A DNA stretch of 64,000 nt, taken from Methanomethylovorans hollandica DSM 15978. Its GTDB lineage: Archaea > Halobacteriota > Methanosarcinia > Methanosarcinales > Methanosarcinaceae. A program made the translations under genes and the position numbers. This document shows positions 9,692 to 19,600 of the stretch, piece by piece. Each line of letters begins with the position of its first letter. The stretch's first letter is position 1. The notes beneath the pieces are model-generated. The model was not told the origin of the DNA. It saw only the letters and a program-made list of their open reading frames with translations, and did not search any database. Where the stretch lies: contig NC_019977.1 in the NCBI RefSeq assembly GCF_000328665.1, positions 558,001-622,000 on the forward strand, written 5' to 3'.

Positions 9692-12600
9692 TTGAGAACA
9701 ACGATAGGAACTTTTGGAAAGCAAAAAATAGTTGCACTAATGTTAGCATTATTATGTGTCACTATCTTACTATTGCCAGCATCTATGGCTGCTCCATCTG
9801 CTGATGCAACAGAAGACTTAGAAACCAGTATGATCTTTGTCAGCAACACCACAAGTGATGCTGATGGTAATTTCATGTTCACGGATGTGCCGAATGGCAA
9901 TTATGTGATCAAATCTGTTATTTACAGTTCTGCAATGGGAGGTATGTGGCTCACGAACATGACCGAAGTTACCATAGAGAACGGACAGGCAGTGGCCGAT
10001 ATTGATCTTTCCATGAGGAAGAACGATGCTATCGATCACGAAGAAATATTATCTGCACTTCGAACAACAACAGTATCAGGGAAAACGGTATCAAAAACAG
10101 GAGAAGCCAGGACAGATGTTGATGTTGTGCTTACCCTTGAAGATGGCAGTTTCTACGCCAATACAACCAGCGATCAATATGGGAACTTTGTTCTCACCGG
10201 CATACCCGATGGCAATTATGTACTCAAGTCAGTGGTTTACAGTACCGCAATGAGTGGCATGTGGCTTACCAATGTGACAAACATCGCAGTCCAGAGTGAG
10301 CAAGCGGTAAACGATCTCAGCTTGTCAATGAGGAAGAACGATGATGTTGATCATGAGACCATACTTGCTCTGCTGAACAGTATAAGCTCTCTGGAAAGAA
10401 CGACCATCTCAGGTAAAACTATATCCAAGACCGGTGAAGCCAGGGCAGATGTGGATATTGTCCTTTTCAAGGAAGTTAATACAATAGTCAGTGAACCCGA
10501 TAACGCTACTGATACAAGTGACTCCATCCTTAAAACAGAGCTTACTTTTTTCAGCAACACTACGAGTGATGTTGATGGCAATTTCATGTTCACGGATGTG
10601 CCGAATGGCAATTACACCCTCAAATCCGTTATCTACAGTTCTGCAATGGGTGGCATGTGGCTTACTAACGTGACCGAAGTTAGCGTAGAAGGTGGTCAGT
10701 CAGTTTCTGATCTTAATCTTTCCATGCGGAAGAATGACGACATTGACCATGAAGAAATATTATCTGCACTTCGAACAACAACAGTATCAGGAAAGACCGT
10801 TTCAAAAACAGGTGAGAACAGGACGGATGTTGATGTTGTGCTCACCCTCGAAGATGGCAGTTTCTACGCCAATACAACCAGTGATCAATATGGGAACTTT
10901 GTTCTCACCGGAATACCCGATGGCAATTATGTACTCAAATCAGTGGTTTACAGTACTGCTATGAGTGGCATGTGGCTCACCAATGTAACAAGCTTCTCAG
11001 TCCAGGATGGCCAAGCGATGACCGATCTCATCCTGCCTATGAGGAAGAACGATGATGTTGACCATGAGGCCATACTTGCTCTGCTGGACAGTATCAGCTC
11101 TCTGGAAAGAACGACCATCTCCGGTAAAACAATATCCAAGACCGGTGAAGGCAGGGCTGATGTGGCTGTGCTGCTCTTTAAAAAGACTTATACCACTTCA
11201 ACCACTCAATTATCAAATGCACCACATCTGAACGTGGCTATAATTACAGGCTATTCAAGCCATGATGCACAACTTGCCAATTTTGTTTCACGGGTAAACA
11301 GTAACCCTGGCATGAACATCACAGCTAGTTACTGTCTTGCGGACAAGCTCAGTGGTGATGAGGATCTTAGCCAGATGGATATAATTTATGTCAATATGTT
11401 CACCCAGACGGCCTATAAGCTGCAGGGGACAGTTGATGCTGCCATTGCAAATGGGTGTGTTGTCATTGGTTACAATACATATCTCAATGAAAACATTCCC
11501 TTCATTCCATCACGTTTCAGTGATGAGGACACTTTTAAGTCATACCTGCAGGACTACTGGCTGAATGGCGCATCCAATGATGAGAATTTTGATAATCTCA
11601 TTTTCTATCTGGCTTCTGAATACTATGGAAGGACAGATCTGGATGTCCAGGAACCTATAGGGCCACCTGAAGGTGCTATCTATCATCCCTCAATGACAGG
11701 TACATCTATGGACCTATTCACAAACAGTAGCAGTGCATACTTCCAGTGGTATGCCAACAGGACCGAAGGGCACAGCTTTGATGCAAATGCACCCACCGTA
11801 GGTATTGCATTTTATAAATCGTACTACCCTCTCGATATGGAACCATTGGACAAGCTTATCAAAGGATTTGAGGCAAGAGGGGTCAATGTAGTAGCATGTT
11901 ATGGTTCTTCAACTGCCCCAATGGATGATTTCCTTAACCACAGTACTGACACTAAGGTAGATGTGGTCATATCGTTCCTTTACCGTGGCAACTATTTTGA
12001 CATCGACAGACTGAACGTGCCTGTAATCAATGGTGTGCTGAACGGTTACATGAGCCTCGAAGAATGGAAGGAAACAACCACCCCGATCCCGGTGCAATAT
12101 ATGCTTAGGCTTTATGGTCCTGAGACAATGGGACTCATTGATCCGATTATGATAGCTGCAGAGGAAAATGATACATTGGCTGGTACGGAAATTTATGCCT
12201 CTGAGCCCTCCCAGGTGGAGTGGCTGACAAACCGCACTTTGGCCCAGGCCGGGCTTGGAGAAAAAGATGACGCAGAAAAGAAGGTCGCAATCATCTATTA
12301 CAACCACGGAGCTGGAAAAGACAACATAGGTGCATCCTATCTTGAGGTTGTACCCAGTATACGCAATCTGCTGGAGGCTATGGCAGATGCAGGTTATAAT
12401 GTTGATATAAGCAAGATGCCCAATGAAACTGCATTGGTAGACCTGATAGTACATCAGGGTACTAATGTGGGTGGCTGGGCTCCCGGAGAACTTGAAAGAC
12501 TTGTAGAGAACGGTAGCGTTGAGCTTATTCCTCAGGCTACTTATGAAGCATGGTTCGATGCCTTACCTGAAGACAGAAGAGAAGAGGTAATATCCATGTG

Positions 12601-15319
12601 GGGAGAAGCACCGGGAGATTTAATGGTCTACACAGCTGACAATGGTAAAAAGTACATTGTGATCCCGAAGATAGAGGTCAGTGATAATGTTATCCTTGCA
12701 CCTCAACCCACAAGGGGATGGCTGGAGAATAATGATGTGCTCTATCATGATTCGGAGTTGCCCCCACATCACCAGTACATAGCTTTCTATCTGTGGCTTC
12801 AGCATGAATATGGAGCGGATGTCATGGTCAATATGGGACGTCATGGGACTGTTGAGTGGCTTCCCGGAAAGGATTTCTGTCTCCTTAGCGAGGAGTGGCC
12901 TGCAATTATGACAGGGGACATACCTGTGATATACCCATATGTAATGGATGGTATGGGGGAAGGTATGCAAGCCAAGCGCAGAGGCAATGCAGTAATCATC
13001 GACCACCTTATACCACCTGTGATATCTGCCGGACTTTATGGGAATTACAGTGTACTCAGCAGTGAAATAACCACTTATCAGACATCTACTACGGAGTCTG
13101 AATCACTTAAACAGTCTCATTTGCAGGAGATCATCGACCTGGTGGTTGATCTGGGAATTGATGAACAAGTAAATATGAACCTCTCACAGGACAACGAAAC
13201 GATTGATGCGTTCCTGGAAGAAGTTGATGATGTTCTTTCTGATCTCAAAGGCCAGTCTATGCCTTACGGTCTGCACATACTCGGGGAAGCCCCTCAAGGG
13301 GACAAGCTTGTGGGAATGGTCAACTCCATGCTAGGTGATGATTTTTCCACGCAGGTATCAGTTTACAATAATTCAGAAAACGCATCAACTGACCTGCTTT
13401 CAAAAGTCCTGCTTGAGAACATGAGTTCCAGTGAAGCTCAGATGCAAGTGCTGGGAACAACTTCCGCAGACATGGATGTGCAGCTGAATACTGCTCTTAA
13501 TTACACAGAGCTCCTCATAGAATCTGAAAACGAGATCAGGCAGATCCTCCGTGCAATGGATGGGGAATACATAGCAGCAAATATCGGAGGAGATCCGGTA
13601 CTTCGTCCTGAAACACTTCCTTCAGGCAGGAACTTCTATGCATTCGATGAACAGCTCCTCCCAACAAAACAGGCATGGGAAGAAGGCAAGGTCCTTGTTG
13701 ATCAGTGGCTTGCAGAATACTACGCAGAGAATGGTGAATATCCAACTAAGGTAGGATACATTCTATGGGCAGGAGAGTCAACACGTCACGAAGGTATAAT
13801 GGAATCCCAGATCTTCTATCTCCTCGGAGTTGAACCTGTATGGGATGATGGTAATGAAGTAACGGGTATTCAACTGATCAATTCATCAGAACTTGGAAGA
13901 CCGCGCATAGATGTGATAGTTCAGATCTCAGGACTCTACAGAGATACTTTCCCCATGAAAGTAGAACTCATTGACCAGGCTGTCAGGCTTGCCTACGAGC
14001 AGGATGAACAGGACAACTATGTACGTATGAATACGGATGCTTTGCAGGCGGTATTTGATCAGAATATTCAGGATGTAAACCTCTCTCGGGACATTGCGTT
14101 GTTCAGGATATTCGGTCCTGCTGACGGGGCCTATGGTACAGGGATGGCTAATGCAGCATCTGCAAGCGATACATGGAGCAACAGCACAGAACTTGCAGAA
14201 TTATATATCGACAGGATGAGCTATGTTTACGGAGAAAATATCTGGGGACAGACCATAGCTGATTATATCGAGCAGCAAACTGGCCAGGCCATAGACGTAG
14301 ACAGTTCTCTGGTATTCGAAAGCAACCTTGATGGCACACAAGCCATCTTCCATAGCAGGAGTTCAAGCACGTATGGTTCGATGGATACCGATGATTTCTA
14401 TCAGTATATGGGTGGTCTCTACAATGCTATCAAATACATATCTGGTATCGCTCCTGATACATATGTAGTGGATCTCCAGGATCTTGACGACCTGCAAATA
14501 GAAACTCTCCAAAACTACATTGCAAATGAACTGTATGCGAGATACTTCAATCCTGCCTGGATAACCGGAATGCAGGAGCATGGTTTTGAAGGTGCTAAAG
14601 AGATGGAGAGTTTCATGGAGAATCTCTGGGGATGGGAAGCAATGGGCTCCGAGTTCATAAGCGATGATGTCTGGGACAAAGTCTATGGGACATACATGGC
14701 TGATGCTGAACTGAGTGAATGGATACAGAACAACAATGCATATGCATATCAGGCTATGAATGCCAGGATGATAGAAACTATCAGGAAAGGTAATTGGGAA
14801 CCATCGGAAGAGGTTCTGAATAGCCTGGTGAAAGAATATGCTGAGTCTGTGGTAGCTGATGGGGTAACGTGTTGTCACCACACATGCGGTAACCCCCTGC
14901 TGGATGAATTCGTACAGGGTGTGATGTCTGTTCCAGGTGTTGTGGATGAGCAAACCGCTGCCACCTACAAGAATATCATGGATAAAGCAACAAGCGAGCC
15001 TGTGAAGCAAAGCACCTCCAGCCACAGCAGCAGCAGTGGTTCCAGCGGTCCTAAACTGGAGATTACCAACCAGGCTACGGATCCTACATCTAACCAGACC
15101 ATGGAGTCACAGATAGGTGCAGGTGAAGATCTTAGTGTGCAAGCTCCGAGGTCAACCCCTGAGAACTATGTGGAAGGCTATGAGATGACCAAGGAAACTG
15201 TATCTCAACCAGAGAGCAGCAGCAATAAATTCTCTGGTTCGGACGTAGTAGCCTTCTTACTGGTGGCAGGAGCAGTTGGTGCAGTCTTTATAGGATTCAT
15301 GAGAAAGAGGAGGATGTGA
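9692..15319 (+). CDS. CobN/Mg-chelatase subunit H-like protein, secreted and membrane-anchored, with 4 N-terminal beta-sandwich repeats (copy 3)
   Basis: The likely start is TTG 9692 after GGTGG (ORF open from 9629). Signal peptide KQKIVALMLALLCVTILLLPASMA. CobN motifs: NMGRHGTVEWLPG, GEGMQAKRRG, LPSGRNFY, RPRIDV, SGLYRDTF. It ends with CCHHTCGNP, a TM helix and MRKRRM. Confidence 0.9.
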   Translation: MRTTIGTFGKQKIVALMLALLCVTILLLPASMAAPSADATEDLETSMIFVSNTTSDADGNFMFTDVPNGNYVIKSVIYSSAMGGMWLTNMTEVTIENGQAVADIDLSMRKNDAIDHEEILSALRTTTVSGKTVSKTGEARTDVDVVLTLEDGSFYANTTSDQYGNFVLTGIPDGNYVLKSVVYSTAMSGMWLTNVTNIAVQSEQAVNDLSLSMRKNDDVDHETILALLNSISSLERTTISGKTISKTGEARADVDIVLFKEVNTIVSEPDNATDTSDSILKTELTFFSNTTSDVDGNFMFTDVPNGNYTLKSVIYSSAMGGMWLTNVTEVSVEGGQSVSDLNLSMRKNDDIDHEEILSALRTTTVSGKTVSKTGENRTDVDVVLTLEDGSFYANTTSDQYGNFVLTGIPDGNYVLKSVVYSTAMSGMWLTNVTSFSVQDGQAMTDLILPMRKNDDVDHEAILALLDSISSLERTTISGKTISKTGEGRADVAVLLFKKTYTTSTTQLSNAPHLNVAIITGYSSHDAQLANFVSRVNSNPGMNITASYCLADKLSGDEDLSQMDIIYVNMFTQTAYKLQGTVDAAIANGCVVIGYNTYLNENIPFIPSRFSDEDTFKSYLQDYWLNGASNDENFDNLIFYLASEYYGRTDLDVQEPIGPPEGAIYHPSMTGTSMDLFTNSSSAYFQWYANRTEGHSFDANAPTVGIAFYKSYYPLDMEPLDKLIKGFEARGVNVVACYGSSTAPMDDFLNHSTDTKVDVVISFLYRGNYFDIDRLNVPVINGVLNGYMSLEEWKETTTPIPVQYMLRLYGPETMGLIDPIMIAAEENDTLAGTEIYASEPSQVEWLTNRTLAQAGLGEKDDAEKKVAIIYYNHGAGKDNIGASYLEVVPSIRNLLEAMADAGYNVDISKMPNETALVDLIVHQGTNVGGWAPGELERLVENGSVELIPQATYEAWFDALPEDRREEVISMWGEAPGDLMVYTADNGKKYIVIPKIEVSDNVILAPQPTRGWLENNDVLYHDSELPPHHQYIAFYLWLQHEYGADVMVNMGRHGTVEWLPGKDFCLLSEEWPAIMTGDIPVIYPYVMDGMGEGMQAKRRGNAVIIDHLIPPVISAGLYGNYSVLSSEITTYQTSTTESESLKQSHLQEIIDLVVDLGIDEQVNMNLSQDNETIDAFLEEVDDVLSDLKGQSMPYGLHILGEAPQGDKLVGMVNSMLGDDFSTQVSVYNNSENASTDLLSKVLLENMSSSEAQMQVLGTTSADMDVQLNTALNYTELLIESENEIRQILRAMDGEYIAANIGGDPVLRPETLPSGRNFYAFDEQLLPTKQAWEEGKVLVDQWLAEYYAENGEYPTKVGYILWAGESTRHEGIMESQIFYLLGVEPVWDDGNEVTGIQLINSSELGRPRIDVIVQISGLYRDTFPMKVELIDQAVRLAYEQDEQDNYVRMNTDALQAVFDQNIQDVNLSRDIALFRIFGPADGAYGTGMANAASASDTWSNSTELAELYIDRMSYVYGENIWGQTIADYIEQQTGQAIDVDSSLVFESNLDGTQAIFHSRSSSTYGSMDTDDFYQYMGGLYNAIKYISGIAPDTYVVDLQDLDDLQIETLQNYIANELYARYFNPAWITGMQEHGFEGAKEMESFMENLWGWEAMGSEFISDDVWDKVYGTYMADAELSEWIQNNNAYAYQAMNARMIETIRKGNWEPSEEVLNSLVKEYAESVVADGVTCCHHTCGNPLLDEFVQGVMSVPGVVDEQTAATYKNIMDKATSEPVKQSTSSHSSSSGSSGPKLEITNQATDPTSNQTMESQIGAGEDLSVQAPRSTPENYVEGYEMTKETVSQPESSSNKFSGSDVVAFLLVAGAVGAVFIGFMRKRRM
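9830..11185 (+). repeat. A-B-A-B repeats resembling the carboxypeptidase-regulatory/transthyretin-like domain, duplicated at a 711-nt offset
   Basis: NTTSDxxGNFxxTxxPxGNY...AMxGMWLTN occurs four times. The DNA is near-identical between ~10040-10270 and ~10751-10985. Confidence 0.85.
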
Positions 15320-15322
15320 AGT

Positions 15323-15349
15323 AGGCATTTTGTTCCTTAATGCCTTTTT
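15323..15349 (+). terminator. hairpin plus T-tract terminator
   Basis: AGGCATT...AATGCCT followed by TTTT, 3 nt after the CobN copy 3 stop. Confidence 0.55.
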
Positions 15350-15484
15350 GATGAAGTAAAGAATGGATTTGAGATAGACCGAAAGGCAGAGCACTCATTG
15401 AATCGATACGATAATTCAGGAGTGTTCTGCTGTCATCGGTTAATTGATGATTGGTTTTTATCTTTCCTGTTTTCCTTCTTTTAT

Positions 15485-16420
15485 TCAGTTCGAAGATATC
15501 ATTTTTGCATAGAGCCGCTCGGTGTCTTCTTTCCTGCATAGCTCGGTTCCCGGGGTCATAACTGCAGCAGAACCGGCAGCTATTCCATACAAAGCAGCTT
15601 CACGCAGTTTTTTCCCTCGTGAGAGGCTCAGGACTATGCCTGCAACTGTGCTGTCTCCAGCTCCGACCTTGCTGATGATGGGCACAGTCGGGGGCACTAT
15701 ATGTTCCACGACATCCTTGGTAATCAGCAGAGCACCTGCTGCACCCAGGGATATTACTATCACTTCGCACTGTCCGGACCTGACCATTTCTTGAGCTGCT
15801 TCTGCTATCTGATACTCTTCGTTTATATCTATGCCTGCAAGTTCTCTGAACTCGCGGAAGTTGGGTTTTATAAGGTAGACTCCTTCCTGCAATGCTTGTG
15901 CCAGAGCATTCCCAGCAGCATCAATTATCACTTTTGTTCCTCTTTCCTTTCCAATGCGTGCAACACGGGCATAGAAGTCTGAAGGCACACCTAGTGGAAG
16001 ACTTCCACTGGCTACCAGGTAGTCTGGAGCCGGGTCGGCTTTGTATATCTCTTTAATACACTGTTCCCACTCTTCATTACTAAGATTCGGGCCTTGCATA
16101 CCAAAACGGAATTGTCTTCCAGTCGACTCTTCAAGGACTATAAGGTTCTCTCTTGTGACTCCTTTTATGGGTAATGGCAGTTTGTCTATTTTTTCCTGTT
16201 CCAGAAGTTCATTGAGCATACTGCCAGACATGCCACCGGCAGGATAGATCAGTAATGATTCTCCTCCAAGTTTCTTAATAGCTCTGGAGACATTGACGCC
16301 ACCACCACCGGGTTCATAGCTGGCAGGACCGCAGTATAGCTTGCGTTCAGCTATCACATGTTCTATTGTAGTGCTTTTGTCAATTGCCGGGTTCATGTTC
16401 AGGGTGATGATGTTTCTCAT
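15485..16420 (-). CDS. pfkB: PfkB-family sugar kinase (1-phosphofructokinase/PfkB-like)
   Basis: Motifs MNPAID, PGGGGVNVSR, SGSLP, IKPN, SLGAAGA, VGAGDS. Confidence 0.85.
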   Translation of the reverse strand: MRNIITLNMNPAIDKSTTIEHVIAERKLYCGPASYEPGGGGVNVSRAIKKLGGESLLIYPAGGMSGSMLNELLEQEKIDKLPLPIKGVTRENLIVLEESTGRQFRFGMQGPNLSNEEWEQCIKEIYKADPAPDYLVASGSLPLGVPSDFYARVARIGKERGTKVIIDAAGNALAQALQEGVYLIKPNFREFRELAGIDINEEYQIAEAAQEMVRSGQCEVIVISLGAAGALLITKDVVEHIVPPTVPIISKVGAGDSTVAGIVLSLSRGKKLREAALYGIAAGSAAVMTPGTELCRKEDTERLYAKMISSN

Positions 16421-16558
16421 GAGTATCGCCTTATTGTATATGACAGGGTCTATATTAATGAAATGTGCTGGTATTTCAATTCTTTCTGTTAAGCTGTGGG
16501 CGTAGTATTATCTAGGGATGCATTGTTGCCACATTTAGAATGCCGTTTGCTATTTATA

Positions 16559-16573
16559 TATAGGTATAAATAT
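16559..16573 (+). promoter_or_regulatory. TATA-box-containing promoter motif shared with 23428-23442
   Basis: The identical 15-mer TATAGGTATAAATAT lies upstream of two PGF-pre-PGF genes. Confidence 0.55.
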
Positions 16574-16685
16574 AGTTAAAGGTTACTTACTTAAACTTAA
16601 ATGACATACCCCACACACCACATTAAATCAACAGAATATTCTTTGAATTAGATCATTTACATCTTTGAGCGGTTAAGGGGTACGA

Positions 16686-19600
16686 ATGCACTGTAAAAAA
16701 CAGATTCAGCAACTGGTCAGTTTTGCGACCGTTTTATTATTTTCAGGTATAGTCATTTTTGGTTCTTTGTCTATAGCTATAGGAGATATCAATTCATCTA
16801 ATGCGAGCCAGGCAGGGGGCATGACTATTGTTGATATTTCAAACATTACAAAAGAACAGGAAAAGATGAGTAGCGACCTCATATCCTTGGTAACGGATCA
16901 GGGGGAGTTAAGTTCAGAAGCAACTGCTTACACTAACTCTGCTGTTTCTTCACCTGTACAAGTGAATGATGAACAAGAACGTCAGCTTGTTTTTGTATAT
17001 ATAAGCCTGTTTCAGGGTGAACAAACTTCTATTATAGATACTTATGCCTGGAACATCACAAGTATTGATGCTGATAACTCACTTGTTACTGCCTGGGTAG
17101 ATGTGAACAGGCTGGAAGAAATAGCATCTCTTGAAGAAGTACGTAGTGTAAGGACAGTGGTACGCCCTATGGTGAATACAGGTGCTGTTAAGACTGCAGG
17201 AGATGCTATTCACAGAACTGATCTTGTGAGGTCTGGATATTCCAAGGATGGGAGCGGTATAAAGATCGGTGTGATCTCCGACGGTGTGAATGCGATCTCT
17301 GCCTCACAGGCATCCGGGGACCTTCCATCAGATGTCACTGTATTGAGAAACAATGTTGGTGGTGACGAAGGCATTGCAATGATGGAGATCATTCATGACA
17401 TGGCCCCAGGTGCAAAATTATATTTCCATGACCATGGGAACAGTGTATATGAATTCAATGATGCTATTGATAGCCTGGTGGAAGCCGGATGCACAATTAT
17501 AGTTGATGATATAACCTGGCCGGACCAGCCATTCTTTGAGGATGGGGTTGTTGCCACGCATGTTGCTGAAGTAATAGCGAACAATAATATTGTATACATA
17601 TCCTCTGCAGGCAACTCTGCGATGAGGCACTACCAGGGTATGTTTGTTGATGATGGTACTGGCTATCATGACAAGGTATTCCCTCTCCCTGCTGGCGCGT
17701 CTTTTCAGTTGTTCCTCCAGTGGGATGATCAATTCGGTTTATCTTCCAATGACTATGACCTTTATGTCCTTGATAGTTCTGGAAGCACCATTGCCTATTC
17801 ATCTAATAGTCAGAGTGGTAACGGTGATCCTTTAGAGTGGACTTCAACATCCTATCTCTCAGAACCAGCTTATATAAAGATCAAAAGCCGGGATGGTACA
17901 GCAGAACGACGTACCCTTGAACTGTTCATCTATCCTAGCTCTCAAGTAACTCTGGATCAAACAAATCTCACTTCCCTTGATTCCATATTTGGGCATCCTG
18001 CGGTGCCAGACGTTATTGCTGTGGCAGCGATATCCGGCAATAATGTGGACCATGATCGCGTGGAGTCATATTCGTCTCAAGGGCCTGTGACCATTGCATA
18101 TCCTGTCTCGGCAGCCAGGGAAAAACCCGATCTTGCAGGAATTAGCAGTGTAGCTGTCACTGGAGCAGGCAATTTTGGCACTATTTTCTCCGGAACCAGT
18201 GCAGCAGCACCCCATGTTGCAGCAGTGGCTGCACAGCTATGGGGAAATGATATGAACATGTCAGCTGCAGAAGTGCGTAACATACTTTATCAAACTGCTG
18301 AGGATGTGGAATCCTCTGGTTCTGATTATCTGTCAGGACACGGAAGAGTTGATGCACTTAACTGCTTCGCTTATTATGTTAATCGTGCTCCAGTGCTGGA
18401 AAATACTGGTAACCGGGAAATAAATGAAACACAGGAACTGGTGATAAATCTCATAGCCACAGATATGGATGGTGAAGCTCTCACGTATTCTACAGATGCT
18501 CCTTTTGGTACTCTTGTAGGTAATGTGTTCTCATGGACTCCTACATATGAGGATGCTGGGACATATACTGTTGAATTCTCAGTGACAGATGGAAAGCATA
18601 CGGATTCTAAGTTAACAACGATTACAGTCAATAATGTAGACAGGGCTCCAGTGATTGAAACCATTGGTAATAAGCAGATAAACGAAAATAGTTTACTTGA
18701 ATTTACGATCTTGGCGAATGACCCCGATGGGGATGCAGTCACATACTCTGTGGACGATCTGCCCCCAGGAGCCACATTTAATGTCAGTACGAGGACTTTC
18801 AGCTGGATCTCTTCTCCTGATATTGTTGGACACTATCAGGTAATATTCAGTGCAGAAGCCAATGGTCTCAGCGACTCAGAGACAATTACGATAACAGTAG
18901 GTGATCTAGCTGGAGCACCAGAGCTTGGTGCTACAGGTAACAGGAACATTAATGAGAATGATCTGCTCGAGTTTATAGTTTCGGCAAGTGATCCGGAAGG
19001 GGACATCATTATATACTCAGCAACGGATCTGCCGGATGGAGCTACATTTGACATTAATACAGGAGCTTTCAGCTGGACGCCAGATTATAATGATTCAGGA
19101 ACCTATACAGTAGTTTTCGTTGCGGAGGCAGGTGGTCTTTTAGATTCAGAGACTATTGTTATCACTGTAAATAATGTTGACAGGGAACCAGAACTAAGTC
19201 CTATCGGTAACAAAGAGGTGAACGAGAGTGAATTGCTTAGTTTTACCATCTCAGCTACCGATCATGATATGGATACAATTAGTTATCTTGCCACAAACCT
19301 GCCTTACGGAGCTGATCTTAACAATGTAACCGGTGAATTCAGCTGGGCTCCTACTTATAGTGATTCAGGTGTATATGATGTGGAGTTCATAGCAAATGCG
19401 AATGGCCTGATAACTTCTGAAAATGTACTGATAACAGTTAATAACGTCGACAGAGCACCTGTATTTGTTCCAATAGGTGATCAGGTAGCAGATGAGAATC
19501 GGCTTTTGAGTTTCAACATCTCAGCCACAGATGAGGATGGGGATATTGTCAGGTATTCTGCAGTATCACTTCCTGAGGGCGCTGAACTAAATAGCGAAAC

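Noticed and set aside
3..15319. Calling the CobN-like genes cobN of aerobic B12 synthesis or chlH
   Set aside because: Export signals, membrane anchors and the absence of ATPase partners or cob/chl genes argue against it, so no gene symbol was given
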